A stretch of DNA of 64,000 nucleotides from Chloroflexota bacterium (lineage in GTDB: Bacteria > Chloroflexota > Chloroflexia > QHBQ01 > JADMIH01), in assembly GCA_027317125.1 (NCBI GenBank), contig DAHVFG010000001.1, positions 2,816-66,815 of the forward strand, in the 5' to 3' direction. Each line of letters starts with the position of its first letter. Positions within the stretch are counted from its first letter, which is position 1. This document shows positions 28,336 to 37,453 of this stretch, in pieces. The translations under genes and the position numbers were made by a program. The notes beneath the pieces were generated by a model. That model was given only the letters and a program-made list of their open reading frames with translations, did no database searches and was not told the origin of the DNA.

Positions 28336-28773
28336 ATGGCAGGAGCAGAAACCACAAGCGAATACTCGGCGGGAGGCGTTGTTTACCGTCAGGTTGATCA
28401 GGGCTACGAGATTGTGATTGTGCAGCGAGCGCGGCACGATGATTGGTCGCTTCCCAAAGGGCATATAGAGGCTGGGGAGAGCCGTGAGCAAGCCGCCGTG
28501 CGTGAGGTCAGGGAGGAAACAGGCCTCGATGCTCATATCCTCTTGCCCATTGATGAAGTGGTATACTTCTACAGGCGTCCGAAGGAGGGCCTTACCCGTA
28601 AGACTGTATATCACTACCTTATGAGGGCAGATAACTATCTCCTCGGTGGCCCAAACTGGGAGGTATCTGAAGTTCGCTGGATACCCATTGACCAGGCATC
28701 GAGTCTACTCACCTACCGAAAAGATAAGGAGATAGTTAGCAAAGCCGAGGTTTTGCTGAAAACAAGGAATTAG
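28336..28773 (+). CDS. NUDIX hydrolase
   Basis: Nudix box GHIEAGESREQAAVREVREETGL. Confidence 0.8.
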   Translation: MAGAETTSEYSAGGVVYRQVDQGYEIVIVQRARHDDWSLPKGHIEAGESREQAAVREVREETGLDAHILLPIDEVVYFYRRPKEGLTRKTVYHYLMRADNYLLGGPNWEVSEVRWIPIDQASSLLTYRKDKEIVSKAEVLLKTRN

Positions 28774-28819
28774 AGAGCAGCTACTGATCCGTAGCCTCTA
28801 ATCCCCAATCCCAAAGACC

Positions 28820-30280
28820 ATGTTTTACGATAGAGCACGCATCTGGGTAAAGGCCGGGAACGGCGGCGATGGCAGCGCGTCGTTTCGACGAGAAAAGTAC
28901 GAACCGAAGGGCGGCCCCGACGGTGGAGATGGCGGGCGGGGCGGCAGCGTATACTTGCGCGTCAACCCTGACCTTAACACACTCTTGCCCTTCCACTTCA
29001 AACAGCACTTCAAGGCAACTCATGGAGGTGCAGGAAGTGGCCGCCAGAAGCACGGCAAGGCAGGCGAGGACCTTTATATAGATGTGCCCCCAGGGACATT
29101 CGTTGAGGTCGTTGACGAAAACCCTGTGTCGGGTGCGGCCTCCGAGATAGTGCGGTCGGATATGGTGCGGCCCAGCCAGACCCTTATGGTGGCGCGTGGT
29201 GGCAGAGGCGGATTGGGCAACGTGCATTTCGCCACTTCGACCCATCAGGCTCCTCGCTTCGCGGAGAAAGGCGAGCCCGGTGAAGAGCGCCTCTTGCACC
29301 TTGAGCTAAAGATTATCGCCGACGTAGGTCTGCTCGGCTACCCGAACGTTGGTAAATCTACTCTGCTCGCCACCGTGAGCGCCGCCCAGCCGAAGATAGC
29401 CGACTACCCGTTTACTACCCTTGCTCCTATGCTGGGGGTAGTGACTGTGGACGATGAGACCTTTGTCATGGCAGATATTCCCGGCCTGATAGAGGGCGCG
29501 AGTGGCGGGGCTGGCCTCGGCTTGCATTTTCTGCGGCACGTAGAGCGCACCCGTCTGCTAGTACACATGGTAGACGGCTCGGCAGGGCTGTGGCAAGAAG
29601 AAATGCGGCAAGCTGCCGCGGAGAGCGGCGTGGAGGCCCCATCCTCGGTAGAGGCGCACGTCTCGCAGACTACCGACCCTGTAGCCGATTTCAAGAGGAT
29701 CAATGATGAGCTTGAAGAATATGATCCTCTTATGGCGACCAAGCCGCAGATCATAGCGATCAACAAAATTGACTTGCAAGAAGTGCGTGATCGCCTGCCC
29801 GCCCTCACAAAGCAGTTCAACGGCATGGGCTATGATGTCTATCCTATCTCTGCGGCCACAGGAGCCGGGGTGAAGGAGCTAATGCGGGTGGTTGCGGCCA
29901 GGCTGCGTGAACTGCCCAGGCCTGAGTGGGAGGAAGAGGAAGGGGAAGAGGTAGTGGTGCGACCGCACCACGTAGCCGCCGAGTCTAACCGGTATGAAGT
30001 GGCACAGGAGGGCAAAGGGATGTTCCGGGTTACCGGCCCCCGCATAGAACGGCTCGTCACGATGACGGACATGAGCAATCCCTTCGCCCTTGAGCGGCTG
30101 CAAAAAGAGATGGAGAAGCTGGGGGTAACTCACGCGCTAAGGGAGGCAGGCATCGAGCCAGGCGACACAGTTACCATAGCACACACCGAGCTAGAGTGGA
30201 GCGACGAACCTTGGGTGCGCTTCGAGAAGAGCCCATCGAGGCGCAAGCGCCACGAAGGTCCGGGCAAGCAGAAAAGCTAG
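28820..30280 (+). CDS. obg: GTPase Obg/CgtA with C-terminal OCT/TGS-like domain
   Basis: Obg fold MFYDRARIWVKAGNGGDGSASFRREKYEPKGGPDGGDGGRGGSVYL. G-domain GLLGYPNVGKSTLL, DIPGLIEGA, NKIDL. C-terminal MFRVTGPRIERLV... region. Confidence 0.9.
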   Translation: MFYDRARIWVKAGNGGDGSASFRREKYEPKGGPDGGDGGRGGSVYLRVNPDLNTLLPFHFKQHFKATHGGAGSGRQKHGKAGEDLYIDVPPGTFVEVVDENPVSGAASEIVRSDMVRPSQTLMVARGGRGGLGNVHFATSTHQAPRFAEKGEPGEERLLHLELKIIADVGLLGYPNVGKSTLLATVSAAQPKIADYPFTTLAPMLGVVTVDDETFVMADIPGLIEGASGGAGLGLHFLRHVERTRLLVHMVDGSAGLWQEEMRQAAAESGVEAPSSVEAHVSQTTDPVADFKRINDELEEYDPLMATKPQIIAINKIDLQEVRDRLPALTKQFNGMGYDVYPISAATGAGVKELMRVVAARLRELPRPEWEEEEGEEVVVRPHHVAAESNRYEVAQEGKGMFRVTGPRIERLVTMTDMSNPFALERLQKEMEKLGVTHALREAGIEPGDTVTIAHTELEWSDEPWVRFEKSPSRRKRHEGPGKQKS

Positions 30281-30404
30281 CCAGGTGGTTACTGATCTGC
30301 AAGCAGCGCCAGCCCGTGTATAGTAGGCTACGGCAGAGGATATCTGAGCTACAGATGGTCTTGTCCAGCCAGGGGTTATGACCCCTAGCATTGCACTAGG
30401 GAAG

Positions 30405-30438
30405 GACCCCTCCCCATAAATGGGAGGGGCTTTTATTG
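30405..30438 (+). terminator. intrinsic terminator after obg
   Basis: CCCCTCCCCATAAATGGGAGGGG hairpin followed by CTTTTATTG. Confidence 0.65.
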
Positions 30439-30542
30439 CTCTGTGTTCATCTAATCTATTCCCCTTTCCCTGAGAGAAGGGGATGGGTGTTAGTTTAGCA
30501 CAATGCAAGAGGAGCAGCTTAGCGTGCTCTTTCCACACGCGT

Positions 30543-31646
30543 CTATGCCAGCGCGTTGGTGACTTCCTCCTCGGCTTCCGTCTCAACGGGGCGCATCTCA
30601 GAGAGGGACATATTCTGCGACCAGAAGGCAAAGAGGCCGACTACCAGTGTAGTGATAAGCTGGCCGACGTGGAATATGAGGGCAAAGGCTACGGCCAACT
30701 CTTTGTCCACCTTGAAAAAGGCCATAGCTGCCACACAGAGCGCCTCGTATGTGCCCACATTACCGGGCAAAGCGGGTACCAGCAGCCCCAGGTTGACGAT
30801 AGCGGTCATAAATAGAAGTCCAACGGGATTTTCGAGGTCGCCAAAGAGAGGAGATTGAAATGAGGCGAGCGCCACGAAGAACATGAGCGCCACCACCGCC
30901 CAAACGACGAGCGAGATGAGAGCCGCGCTTGCCAGAGGGCGCGGGCTTTTGAAGACGTGCATACCAGATGCAAAGGTTTCCACAAGGCGCACAGGCAATC
31001 GCCGCACTTTCTGCGGCAGTGGCAAAAGCGACATGATCTTTTCCGCGAAGGAAGCTATAAGGGCGCTGTAGAAGTAAAAGAGCGCGAGGCCCACCACAGC
31101 GGCCAGCAGCCCAATGCCCGCTGCCCATGCGAGGCCCGTCGGGTCAATCCCGATCCCTCTGGCAGAAGTGGCTGAAGGAAGGAGCAGGAGGCTGAGCAGC
31201 AGCATCAGAAGAAGCGCGATCCCATCGAAGGCTTTCTCGATAACGATAGTCGCTATGACGGTGGTCTTGCGTAAGCCTGTTGTGCGACCCAACAGGTATG
31301 CACGCACAATATCGCCGGCTCTGGCGGGGAAAAAGGCATTGAAGAAGTAGCCTGTCAGCACCTTGCCATAAAGACTAAAGACACTTTCGCGGCTGCGCAC
31401 TCCCCGGGGAGCAGTGCCGTCAGTCGCTCCGGCGGAAGCAGAGATTTCAAGAGGATCGAGTAAATGCTGCCACCGCCAGGCCATTAAAAAATAGGCCAGC
31501 AGCATAAGGAGCATCGAAAGGAGGAAAAGGCCGATGTTCACCCGCTGCAAGTGATCCCAGACCTGGCGCCACTCGACGTTGCGCAGAACAAAGTAGAGGC
31601 TAATGCCACTTACCAGCAGCCCCAGGCCAATCTTGCGTATGCTCAT
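30543..31646 (-). CDS. UPF0104/lysylphosphatidylglycerol-synthase-TM-region-like flippase-like membrane protein
   Basis: MSIRKIGLGLLVSGISLYFVLRNVEWRQVWDHL... Multi-TM protein with GNVGTYEA motif, characteristic of the TIGR00374 family. Confidence 0.6.
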   Translation of the reverse strand: MSIRKIGLGLLVSGISLYFVLRNVEWRQVWDHLQRVNIGLFLLSMLLMLLAYFLMAWRWQHLLDPLEISASAGATDGTAPRGVRSRESVFSLYGKVLTGYFFNAFFPARAGDIVRAYLLGRTTGLRKTTVIATIVIEKAFDGIALLLMLLLSLLLLPSATSARGIGIDPTGLAWAAGIGLLAAVVGLALFYFYSALIASFAEKIMSLLPLPQKVRRLPVRLVETFASGMHVFKSPRPLASAALISLVVWAVVALMFFVALASFQSPLFGDLENPVGLLFMTAIVNLGLLVPALPGNVGTYEALCVAAMAFFKVDKELAVAFALIFHVGQLITTLVVGLFAFWSQNMSLSEMRPVETEAEEEVTNALA

Positions 31647-31823
31647 GTCAGGCACACTCCAGGCACACTCTTCCACTCGTTAGCGGACAGAGAGGTAAAG
31701 GGGTAAAAGCAGAGGGCGTTATATATCTTGCAATGCTCTAAGCCCTTGCAGGTGGATTCTCTTTGCACCAGGTCCGAGCAAGCACTTTCTCAGCGCGGAC
31801 GCAAAGCTCGTGGCTCCAACAGC

Positions 31824-32360
31824 CTAACCTGCGACTACCATCAACGGCTGCCCGTATTCGACGGGCTGAGCATTTTGGACCAGAATGCGAGCGATACGGC
31901 CTGCGACTTCCGACTCGATCTCGTTCATCATCTTCATAGCCTCTATAATGCCGACCACCTGCCCCGGCTCGACGGAATCGCCTTCCGTGACGAAAGGGTC
32001 CTCAGTGGGGGCGGGAGCGGAGTAGAAGGTGCCAAGCATAGGAGCAACGATCAACTGTTCTCCTTCGGCAAGGGCAATGTCTTCACCATGCGCCGGATTG
32101 TGGCCGATAAGGCTCACGGGACTTGCGGCCTCGGCAGCAGCAACTGAGTAGATCGGCGCATAAATGGGAGTGACATGACCGCCGGGGTGTTGGCTGCCAC
32201 GCTTGATAATAATCCGAACCTGCCCGCTCTCCAGCTGAAGCTCGCTTATGTCAGTGGACGAGATGAGACGTACTAGCTCTTTGACCTCACGGCTCAAATC
32301 ACCCAGGGTTGGAGCATCAGCCTGGCCCTGTTCATCACCTTTATCGGGAAGCCTTACCAT
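31824..32360 (-). CDS. accB: acetyl-CoA carboxylase biotin carboxyl carrier protein
   Basis: Biotinyl domain GQVVGIIEAMKMMNEIESEVAGRI (the biotinylated K in AMKM), Ala/Pro linker. Confidence 0.8.
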   Translation of the reverse strand: MVRLPDKGDEQGQADAPTLGDLSREVKELVRLISSTDISELQLESGQVRIIIKRGSQHPGGHVTPIYAPIYSVAAAEAASPVSLIGHNPAHGEDIALAEGEQLIVAPMLGTFYSAPAPTEDPFVTEGDSVEPGQVVGIIEAMKMMNEIESEVAGRIARILVQNAQPVEYGQPLMVVAG

Positions 32361-32468
32361 GTGAACTCCGCTATCTGTTGAGTGTTGAGTGTTGCGTAAT
32401 TGGGTGTCTCTTTAACCTTCAGCGTTGCGCTTGTACCTTACGCACTACGCATTATGTATTACAAGTCC

Positions 32469-33029
32469 CTACACTCGTTCCAGGTACTTACCGGATCGTG
32501 TGTCTACCTTGACGCTGTCGCCTTCGTTGACGAAGAGGGGGACGTTGACGGTGAGGCCCGTCTCTAATCTGGCGGATTTGACAGCGCCGGTGGCTGTATC
32601 ACCTTTCACGCCGGGATCGCTCTGCACAATCTTGAGCACTACAGCAGCAGGCAGGTCTATATCTACAAACTGGTCGTTGTGCATTAGAATGTCTACCGTA
32701 TCACCCTCTTTAATATAGTTCACCGAGTCGCCGAGCAAATCGCTGTTGAGCGCTGACTGCTCGTAGGACTCCGGGTCCATGAAGTTGTACTGGTCGCCGT
32801 CGGCATACATGAACTGCAAAGTGTGACGCTCCAGGCGTGCATCATCGAATTTAGCGCCAGCTTGGAAGGTGCGCTCGATGTTCGAGCCGGTGCGGAGGTT
32901 CTTTAGCTGCAAGCGCACCTGCGCGCTGCCACGCCCCTGCTTGTTATGCTGCCAGTCTGTAACTTTATATAGCTCTCCATCGAGCATAATCGTCAACCCT
33001 TTTTTTAACTCACTTGTTGTGACTGTCAT
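32469..33029 (-). CDS. efp: elongation factor P
   Basis: MTVTTSELKKGLTIMLDGELYKVTDWQHNKQGRGSAQVRLQLKNLRTG... Three OB/KOW domains, 186 aa. Confidence 0.9.
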   Translation of the reverse strand: MTVTTSELKKGLTIMLDGELYKVTDWQHNKQGRGSAQVRLQLKNLRTGSNIERTFQAGAKFDDARLERHTLQFMYADGDQYNFMDPESYEQSALNSDLLGDSVNYIKEGDTVDILMHNDQFVDIDLPAAVVLKIVQSDPGVKGDTATGAVKSARLETGLTVNVPLFVNEGDSVKVDTRSGKYLERV

Positions 33030-33128
33030 CTTTATCCTTTCAGACTCCTATTTTGTAGTGCGTAATGGGCTGAAGACGGTTATCTCTTGAGCCTCCCAGC
33101 GTTGTGCTCATGCCTTACGCGTTATGCA

Positions 33129-34301
33129 CTACTTGATAGGCCCTTGCTTCTCAGCTTTCGTCAGCACTTCTACTTTGTTGGGCTGGAATAGCACAAGGTC
33201 CTCTATGCGCACCCCTCCCCAGCCTTCTATGTAAATACCAGGTTCGACGCTCGTTACAGCGTCCTCGGGTATTGTGTCTTCCGACAGCTTGCTGAGGCTC
33301 GGCCCTTCGTGCACTTCGAGACCGATGCCGTGACCTGTGCTGTGGGTGTAGTTGTCACCATAGCCCGCCGCCGCGATCACATCACGAGTGTAGGCATCAC
33401 CTTGCACGCCGCTCACCCCGGCCTTGAGATTCTCTTCGGCCTGAAGCTGAGCGTCGAGCACAATACTATAAATCTCGCGGAACTTATCGGTAGGCTCACC
33501 GAGGCAGAGGGTGCGCGTCATATCCGAGTTGTAGCCGTCGAGCCTCGCGCCCATGTCTATTACGATAGGCTCACCTTCCTTGATCGGACGGTCGCCGGGG
33601 ACGGCATGGGCCATAGCCCCGTTCGGCCCGGCGGCGACGATAGTGCCGAAGGCTAGCCCGTCGGCCCCCAGGTCGCGCATTGTCTTCTCGATCTCCCACG
33701 CCACCCGCTTTTCGGTCATTCCCGGCTCAATGCGCTTGCTCACGATGTTGAACGCCTGGTCGGATATAGAAATAGCCCGGCGTATGATGCCAAGTTCATC
33801 CGCGTCTTTCACCTGGCGCATGGGCTCTACCAGTTTCTGCACAGGCACAAGATCAGTATCAGGGAGCAACTTGTCGAGGGCGCGCCACCATAAATGGATC
33901 AGGTGGGCGGTCTCGAAGCCCAGCTTTTTGTAGCTGCGGGCAGAAATCTGCTCGGCGAGGGTCGGCGCTATTTTGCCCGAGCGAACCACCACGGTGACGC
34001 CAAGCTCAGGGGCAAGCTCGCCCGCCGCCTGGATGTTGTAGCGGCCATCTGTGATAAGGCAGATATCCTTTGTCCCGATGAGCAAAAAACCGGCAGTATC
34101 GAGGGGCGGCTGGTCGTGGCCGCTGAAGCCGCTCAGATAGCGGCGATTATCCGGGTGCGATATGAGCATGCTGTCAATGCCCATCTCGCCCATCTTCGCC
34201 CTTACCTTATCGAGGCGGCGAAGCAGCGTCTGAGAGCTGTATAAAGGGGCGGTTTTTGTCTCACCGCCATTTATCTCCGCGGGGTTAGGAACCTGCACCA
34301 T
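33129..34301 (-). CDS. pepP: Xaa-Pro aminopeptidase (M24B)
   Basis: Pita-bread fold metal ligands DMGARLDGYNSDMTRT, HSTGHGIGLEVHEGP, EPGIYIEGWGGVRIED. Conserved pepP-efp adjacency. Confidence 0.85.
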   Translation of the reverse strand: MVQVPNPAEINGGETKTAPLYSSQTLLRRLDKVRAKMGEMGIDSMLISHPDNRRYLSGFSGHDQPPLDTAGFLLIGTKDICLITDGRYNIQAAGELAPELGVTVVVRSGKIAPTLAEQISARSYKKLGFETAHLIHLWWRALDKLLPDTDLVPVQKLVEPMRQVKDADELGIIRRAISISDQAFNIVSKRIEPGMTEKRVAWEIEKTMRDLGADGLAFGTIVAAGPNGAMAHAVPGDRPIKEGEPIVIDMGARLDGYNSDMTRTLCLGEPTDKFREIYSIVLDAQLQAEENLKAGVSGVQGDAYTRDVIAAAGYGDNYTHSTGHGIGLEVHEGPSLSKLSEDTIPEDAVTSVEPGIYIEGWGGVRIEDLVLFQPNKVEVLTKAEKQGPIK

Positions 34302-34403
34302 AGCAGATTACTCCTTTCACTAGGGCTGCACACTGGCCTGACAAGCACATTCAAGATGCGATTATAACATAGAGGCTGTGCTTGTGAAAAGCTGCGTGCG
34401 GAC

Positions 34404-34638
34404 GTAACTGTTCAGCTTCAGGGTGGAGCAATCTTCTTAGGGTATCTGTACGCCCTCACCCGCCCTCACCCCCATGCCCCTCTCCCTTCATGGGAGGGGG
34501 GGGTTTAATCAACCTTGTAACCCCGTCAGGGGCCCGCCCCTGTGCACTCAGCATGCACAAAGCCCCCTCTCCCCTTGTTTGTAGGAGAGGGGCATGGGGG
34601 TGAGGGGAGGGACGCCCCTGCACCCCAACTCTGAACAC
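34404..34638. mobile_element. MITE/REP-like palindromic repeat, family A, copy 1, flanked by 12-bp direct repeats
   Basis: Begins GTAACTGTTCAG and ends CTGAACA. Contains two CCCCTCTCCC-loop-GGGAGAGGGG hairpins and the linker TTTAATCAACCTTGTAACCCCGTCAGGGG. Perfect direct repeat CTGCGTGCGGAC at 34392-34403 and 34639-34650. Confidence 0.6.
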
Positions 34639-34700
34639 CTGCGTGCGGACTCGTGAAGCGTGTGTCACAATGGTTGTTTGGGTTGTATAATAGACCGGCA

Positions 34701-35245
34701 ATGCCGACAGTCTATCTCACCATCAGAATAGACGCGCCTATTGAGCGAGTTTTTGACCTGTCAAGATCTATAGACCTGCACGCGTCATCTATGGGTCGGC
34801 ACAAGGAGAGGGCGGTTGGGGCATACGCACAGGGTTGATCAACGTCGGGCAAGAAGTGACATGGTGTGCCATTCACTTCGGCTTTCAGCAGTATCTCACC
34901 TCGCATATTACTGCTCTTGAACGACCTTATTACTTCAGGGATTCTATGGTAAAGGGCGCATTCAAACGCTTTGACCACAACCACTACTTTATACCAATTG
35001 GAGATACTACTACGATGATAGACGTCTTCGACTATACATCACCACTGGGGCTATTGGGGTTTATAGCAGACCTGCTTTTTCTCAAAGCATACATGACAAG
35101 GCTCCTTCGGGAGCGCAATAAAGCAATCAAGGCGATAGCTCAGAGTGGCGAGTATACAAAGTACTACACGCCAGTTAGCGCTTCACACCTTGAAATACAG
35201 TTGAGGTACAGATCGATTGTCAGACCCGACACAGAGATTCTCTAG
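34701..35245 (+). pseudogene. SRPBCC (polyketide cyclase/Bet v1-like) protein, apparently frameshifted
   Basis: ORF 34653..34838 (MPTVYLTIRIDAPIERVFDLSRSIDLH..GAYAQG*) and ORF 34835..35245 ((L)INVGQEVTWCAIHFGFQQYLTSHITALERPYYFRDSMVKGAFKRFDHNHYF) together form one SRPBCC domain interrupted by a frame change at about 34836. Confidence 0.45.
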
Positions 35246-35996
35246 CAGAGTTGAGAACTATATCAACTACAGGCCTGGATACCCGCCTGAGGTTGTTGCC
35301 TTCTTGAGGGAGAAGTGCGGGCTGGCGGAAAGTTCAGTAGTTGCCGACTTAGGCTCCGGCACAGGTATCCTAGCTGAAATCTTCCTCCAGAATGGCAACA
35401 GGGTATTCGGGGTTGAGCCGAACGACGATATGCGCGAGGCAGGCGAGCGATTACTGGCGCAGTACGACCGCTTCACCAGCATTACGGGCACAGCCGAGAG
35501 TACTACGCTAGAGGACAGGAGCGTTGATTTTGTTACCGCAGGCCAGGCGTTCCACTGGTTCAACCGTGCAGTAGCGCGAAAAGAGTTCGCTCGCATCCTC
35601 AGACCGCAAGGCTGGGTTGTGCTCATCTGGAACGAGAGGCAAACCGTTTCTACCCCTTTCCTTTCGGCATACGAGCATTTGTTGCACACCTATAGCACCG
35701 ATTACGCCGCGATAGACCACAGAAACATAGACCTGAAGGTGATCGAGAGCTTCTTCAACCCTGATACCTTCTCCAGGCAAACATTCAACAACAAGCAAGT
35801 CTTTGACTTGGATGGCCTGAAGGGTCGCCTCTTATCCTCATCTTACACCCCGGAGCCCGGGCACCCAGACTACCAGCCGATGCTCGATAAGTTGGCCGCA
35901 ATCTACAAAGAGTACCAGGTGGCCGGCAAAGTTGATTTCCTCTACGACACAAACGTCTACTGTGGACACCTTACGGAGCGGACGACTGACGGTTGA
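35217..35996 (+). CDS. class I SAM-dependent methyltransferase
   Basis: Motif I VADLGSGTGILAEIF, RVFGVEPNDDM, post-I acidic, FHWFNR. Confidence 0.7.
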   Translation: MSDPTQRFSSRVENYINYRPGYPPEVVAFLREKCGLAESSVVADLGSGTGILAEIFLQNGNRVFGVEPNDDMREAGERLLAQYDRFTSITGTAESTTLEDRSVDFVTAGQAFHWFNRAVARKEFARILRPQGWVVLIWNERQTVSTPFLSAYEHLLHTYSTDYAAIDHRNIDLKVIESFFNPDTFSRQTFNNKQVFDLDGLKGRLLSSSYTPEPGHPDYQPMLDKLAAIYKEYQVAGKVDFLYDTNVYCGHLTERTTDG

Positions 35997-36092
35997 GAAC
36001 GGATAAATTGCAACCCTCTGCCTCCTCAATGCAATAAACTTATATCCGTTCTTGGTGTTCTTGGCGATTCCCTCGTCGGTCCTCGGTGCATA

Positions 36093-36215
36093 GTAACTGT
36101 TCAGCATAGGGGTTACAGGGTGTCCCCGCCTTCACCCCATGCCCCTCTCCCATGAAGGGAGAGGGGCATGGGGTGAAGGCGGGTGAGGGCCACAGATACC
36201 TCTTGAACTTTGTTC
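36093..36215. repeat. family A repeat copy 2 (contains a perfect 17-bp-stem palindrome)
   Basis: GTAACTGTTCAG at 36093. CCCCATGCCCCTCTCCC-ATGAA-GGGAGAGGGGCATGGGG perfect palindrome. The right arm GGTGAGGGCCACAGATACC is an inverted version of the left-arm sequence of copies 1 and 4. Confidence 0.55.
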
Positions 36216-36251
36216 TACTCTTACTCTGAGCGCTTATGGTGCATAACCACA

Positions 36252-36426
36252 TTGACACAATAACCCAACGAGGGGTATACTCTGGTTGAGCCTGGACACG
36301 GTGCGCCGTGCGGGTGTGGCAAATACGACCTTTAATGAACAGCCCCGTGAGGTTGTCAAGGTTGGTGTAGAAGGCATCAGTGCGCCTGCATAACTACCAA
36401 CCTTGCGAGAGCAAGGTTTTTTTGTG
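36252..36426 (+). promoter_or_regulatory. promoter + ~140-nt structured leader + intrinsic terminator upstream of the aaRS-like/pyr operon (candidate attenuator or small RNA)
   Basis: TTGACA (36252-57), 18 bp, TATACT (36276-81). Internal hairpin CACGGTGCGCCGTG. Short ORF MNSPVRLSRLV* (36340-36375). Terminator CCAACCTTGCGAGAGCAAGGTTTTTTTTG (36396-36426). The next gene's RBS and start lie 40 nt downstream. Confidence 0.4.
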
Positions 36427-36466
36427 GGCTAAAGATGGCTCTGCATCTGCTGCCAGGAGGTAGAAA

Positions 36467-37453
36467 ATGGAAGTTCCGATGCCAGTGTACAATCCTATTG
36501 CGCCACTTACGAGCTATGGTGCACGGCCCCAGAGTGCGAGCGCACAGATCGCCCGGATAAAAGCTGCCATGCTGCGCTCCGCCCAGGAAACGCTTGACGG
36601 CGAAGGCTTCACACAGCTAATGCCTCAACTCCTCACTACCATGTCAGGTGCGTGCGGCGACCCCGGCACTCTCATCCCCGTCAGCTTGCGCGGGCGCACC
36701 TCTTATCTGCGCCAGACCTCCCAGCTTCACCTTGAGCCGTTGATGCGAGAGCTTGGCAAAGTCTACTCTGTTGAGCGCTCTTTCCGTGCAGAACGGCGCA
36801 GCGACGAGCGTCATCTTACTGAGTTCACTTTGATCGAAGCTGAAGCCGCAGGGTACTCTCTGCCTGAGCTAATGACCCTCATAGAAACGCTGGTGGTAAC
36901 TATGTTGAGCAGCGCCGCAGCTTCATCGGCAGAACACTTCTCTGCGCTCGGCGCTGATGCGCAGAAGCTGGCGCGTGTAGAAACCCCTTTTCCGAGCATC
37001 ACTTATGACGAAGCAATCATAGCCTTGCAGAGGCGGGGGTTCTTCATAGAGTGGGGGGAAGACCTGTCGAACCTGCACGAGATTGCCCTGGCCGAGCTGG
37101 CTTTGGGCCCTCTCTTTGTGACGCATTATCCTGTTGAGCTACGCTTCTTCACAATGAAGATCAATCGGAGCGACCCGCGAGTAGTAGAATGTTGCGACCT
37201 TATCTTGCCCGGCGTTGGCGAGGTTATGGGTGCATCGGAAACTGAGAGTGACCCCGCACTCCTTGAAAGCAGGATGCTCGCCTCCAAAGGGATAAGGCAG
37301 CAATTTGACCTGGGAGGAAACGCCGACGACTACAGGTGGTACATAGATATGCATAAAGAGAGCAGCGCCGGTCAAGCAGGCTTCGGCATGGGCTTCGAGC
37401 GGCTGGTACGCTTCGCTTGCGCTCTCCCCTCAGTTGCCGAAGTGGTATCATAG
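36467..37453 (+). CDS. class II aminoacyl-tRNA-synthetase catalytic-core paralogue (AsnRS/AspRS-like, no anticodon-binding domain); candidate AsnA-type asparagine synthetase
   Basis: Motif 1 region IARIKAAMLRSAQETLDGEGFTQLMPQLLT, motif 2 VYSVERSFRAERRSDERHLTEFTLIEAE, motif 3 GFGMGFERLVRF. Only 328 aa, starting directly in the catalytic domain. Strong AGGAGG RBS. Confidence 0.65.
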   Translation: MEVPMPVYNPIAPLTSYGARPQSASAQIARIKAAMLRSAQETLDGEGFTQLMPQLLTTMSGACGDPGTLIPVSLRGRTSYLRQTSQLHLEPLMRELGKVYSVERSFRAERRSDERHLTEFTLIEAEAAGYSLPELMTLIETLVVTMLSSAAASSAEHFSALGADAQKLARVETPFPSITYDEAIIALQRRGFFIEWGEDLSNLHEIALAELALGPLFVTHYPVELRFFTMKINRSDPRVVECCDLILPGVGEVMGASETESDPALLESRMLASKGIRQQFDLGGNADDYRWYIDMHKESSAGQAGFGMGFERLVRFACALPSVAEVVS

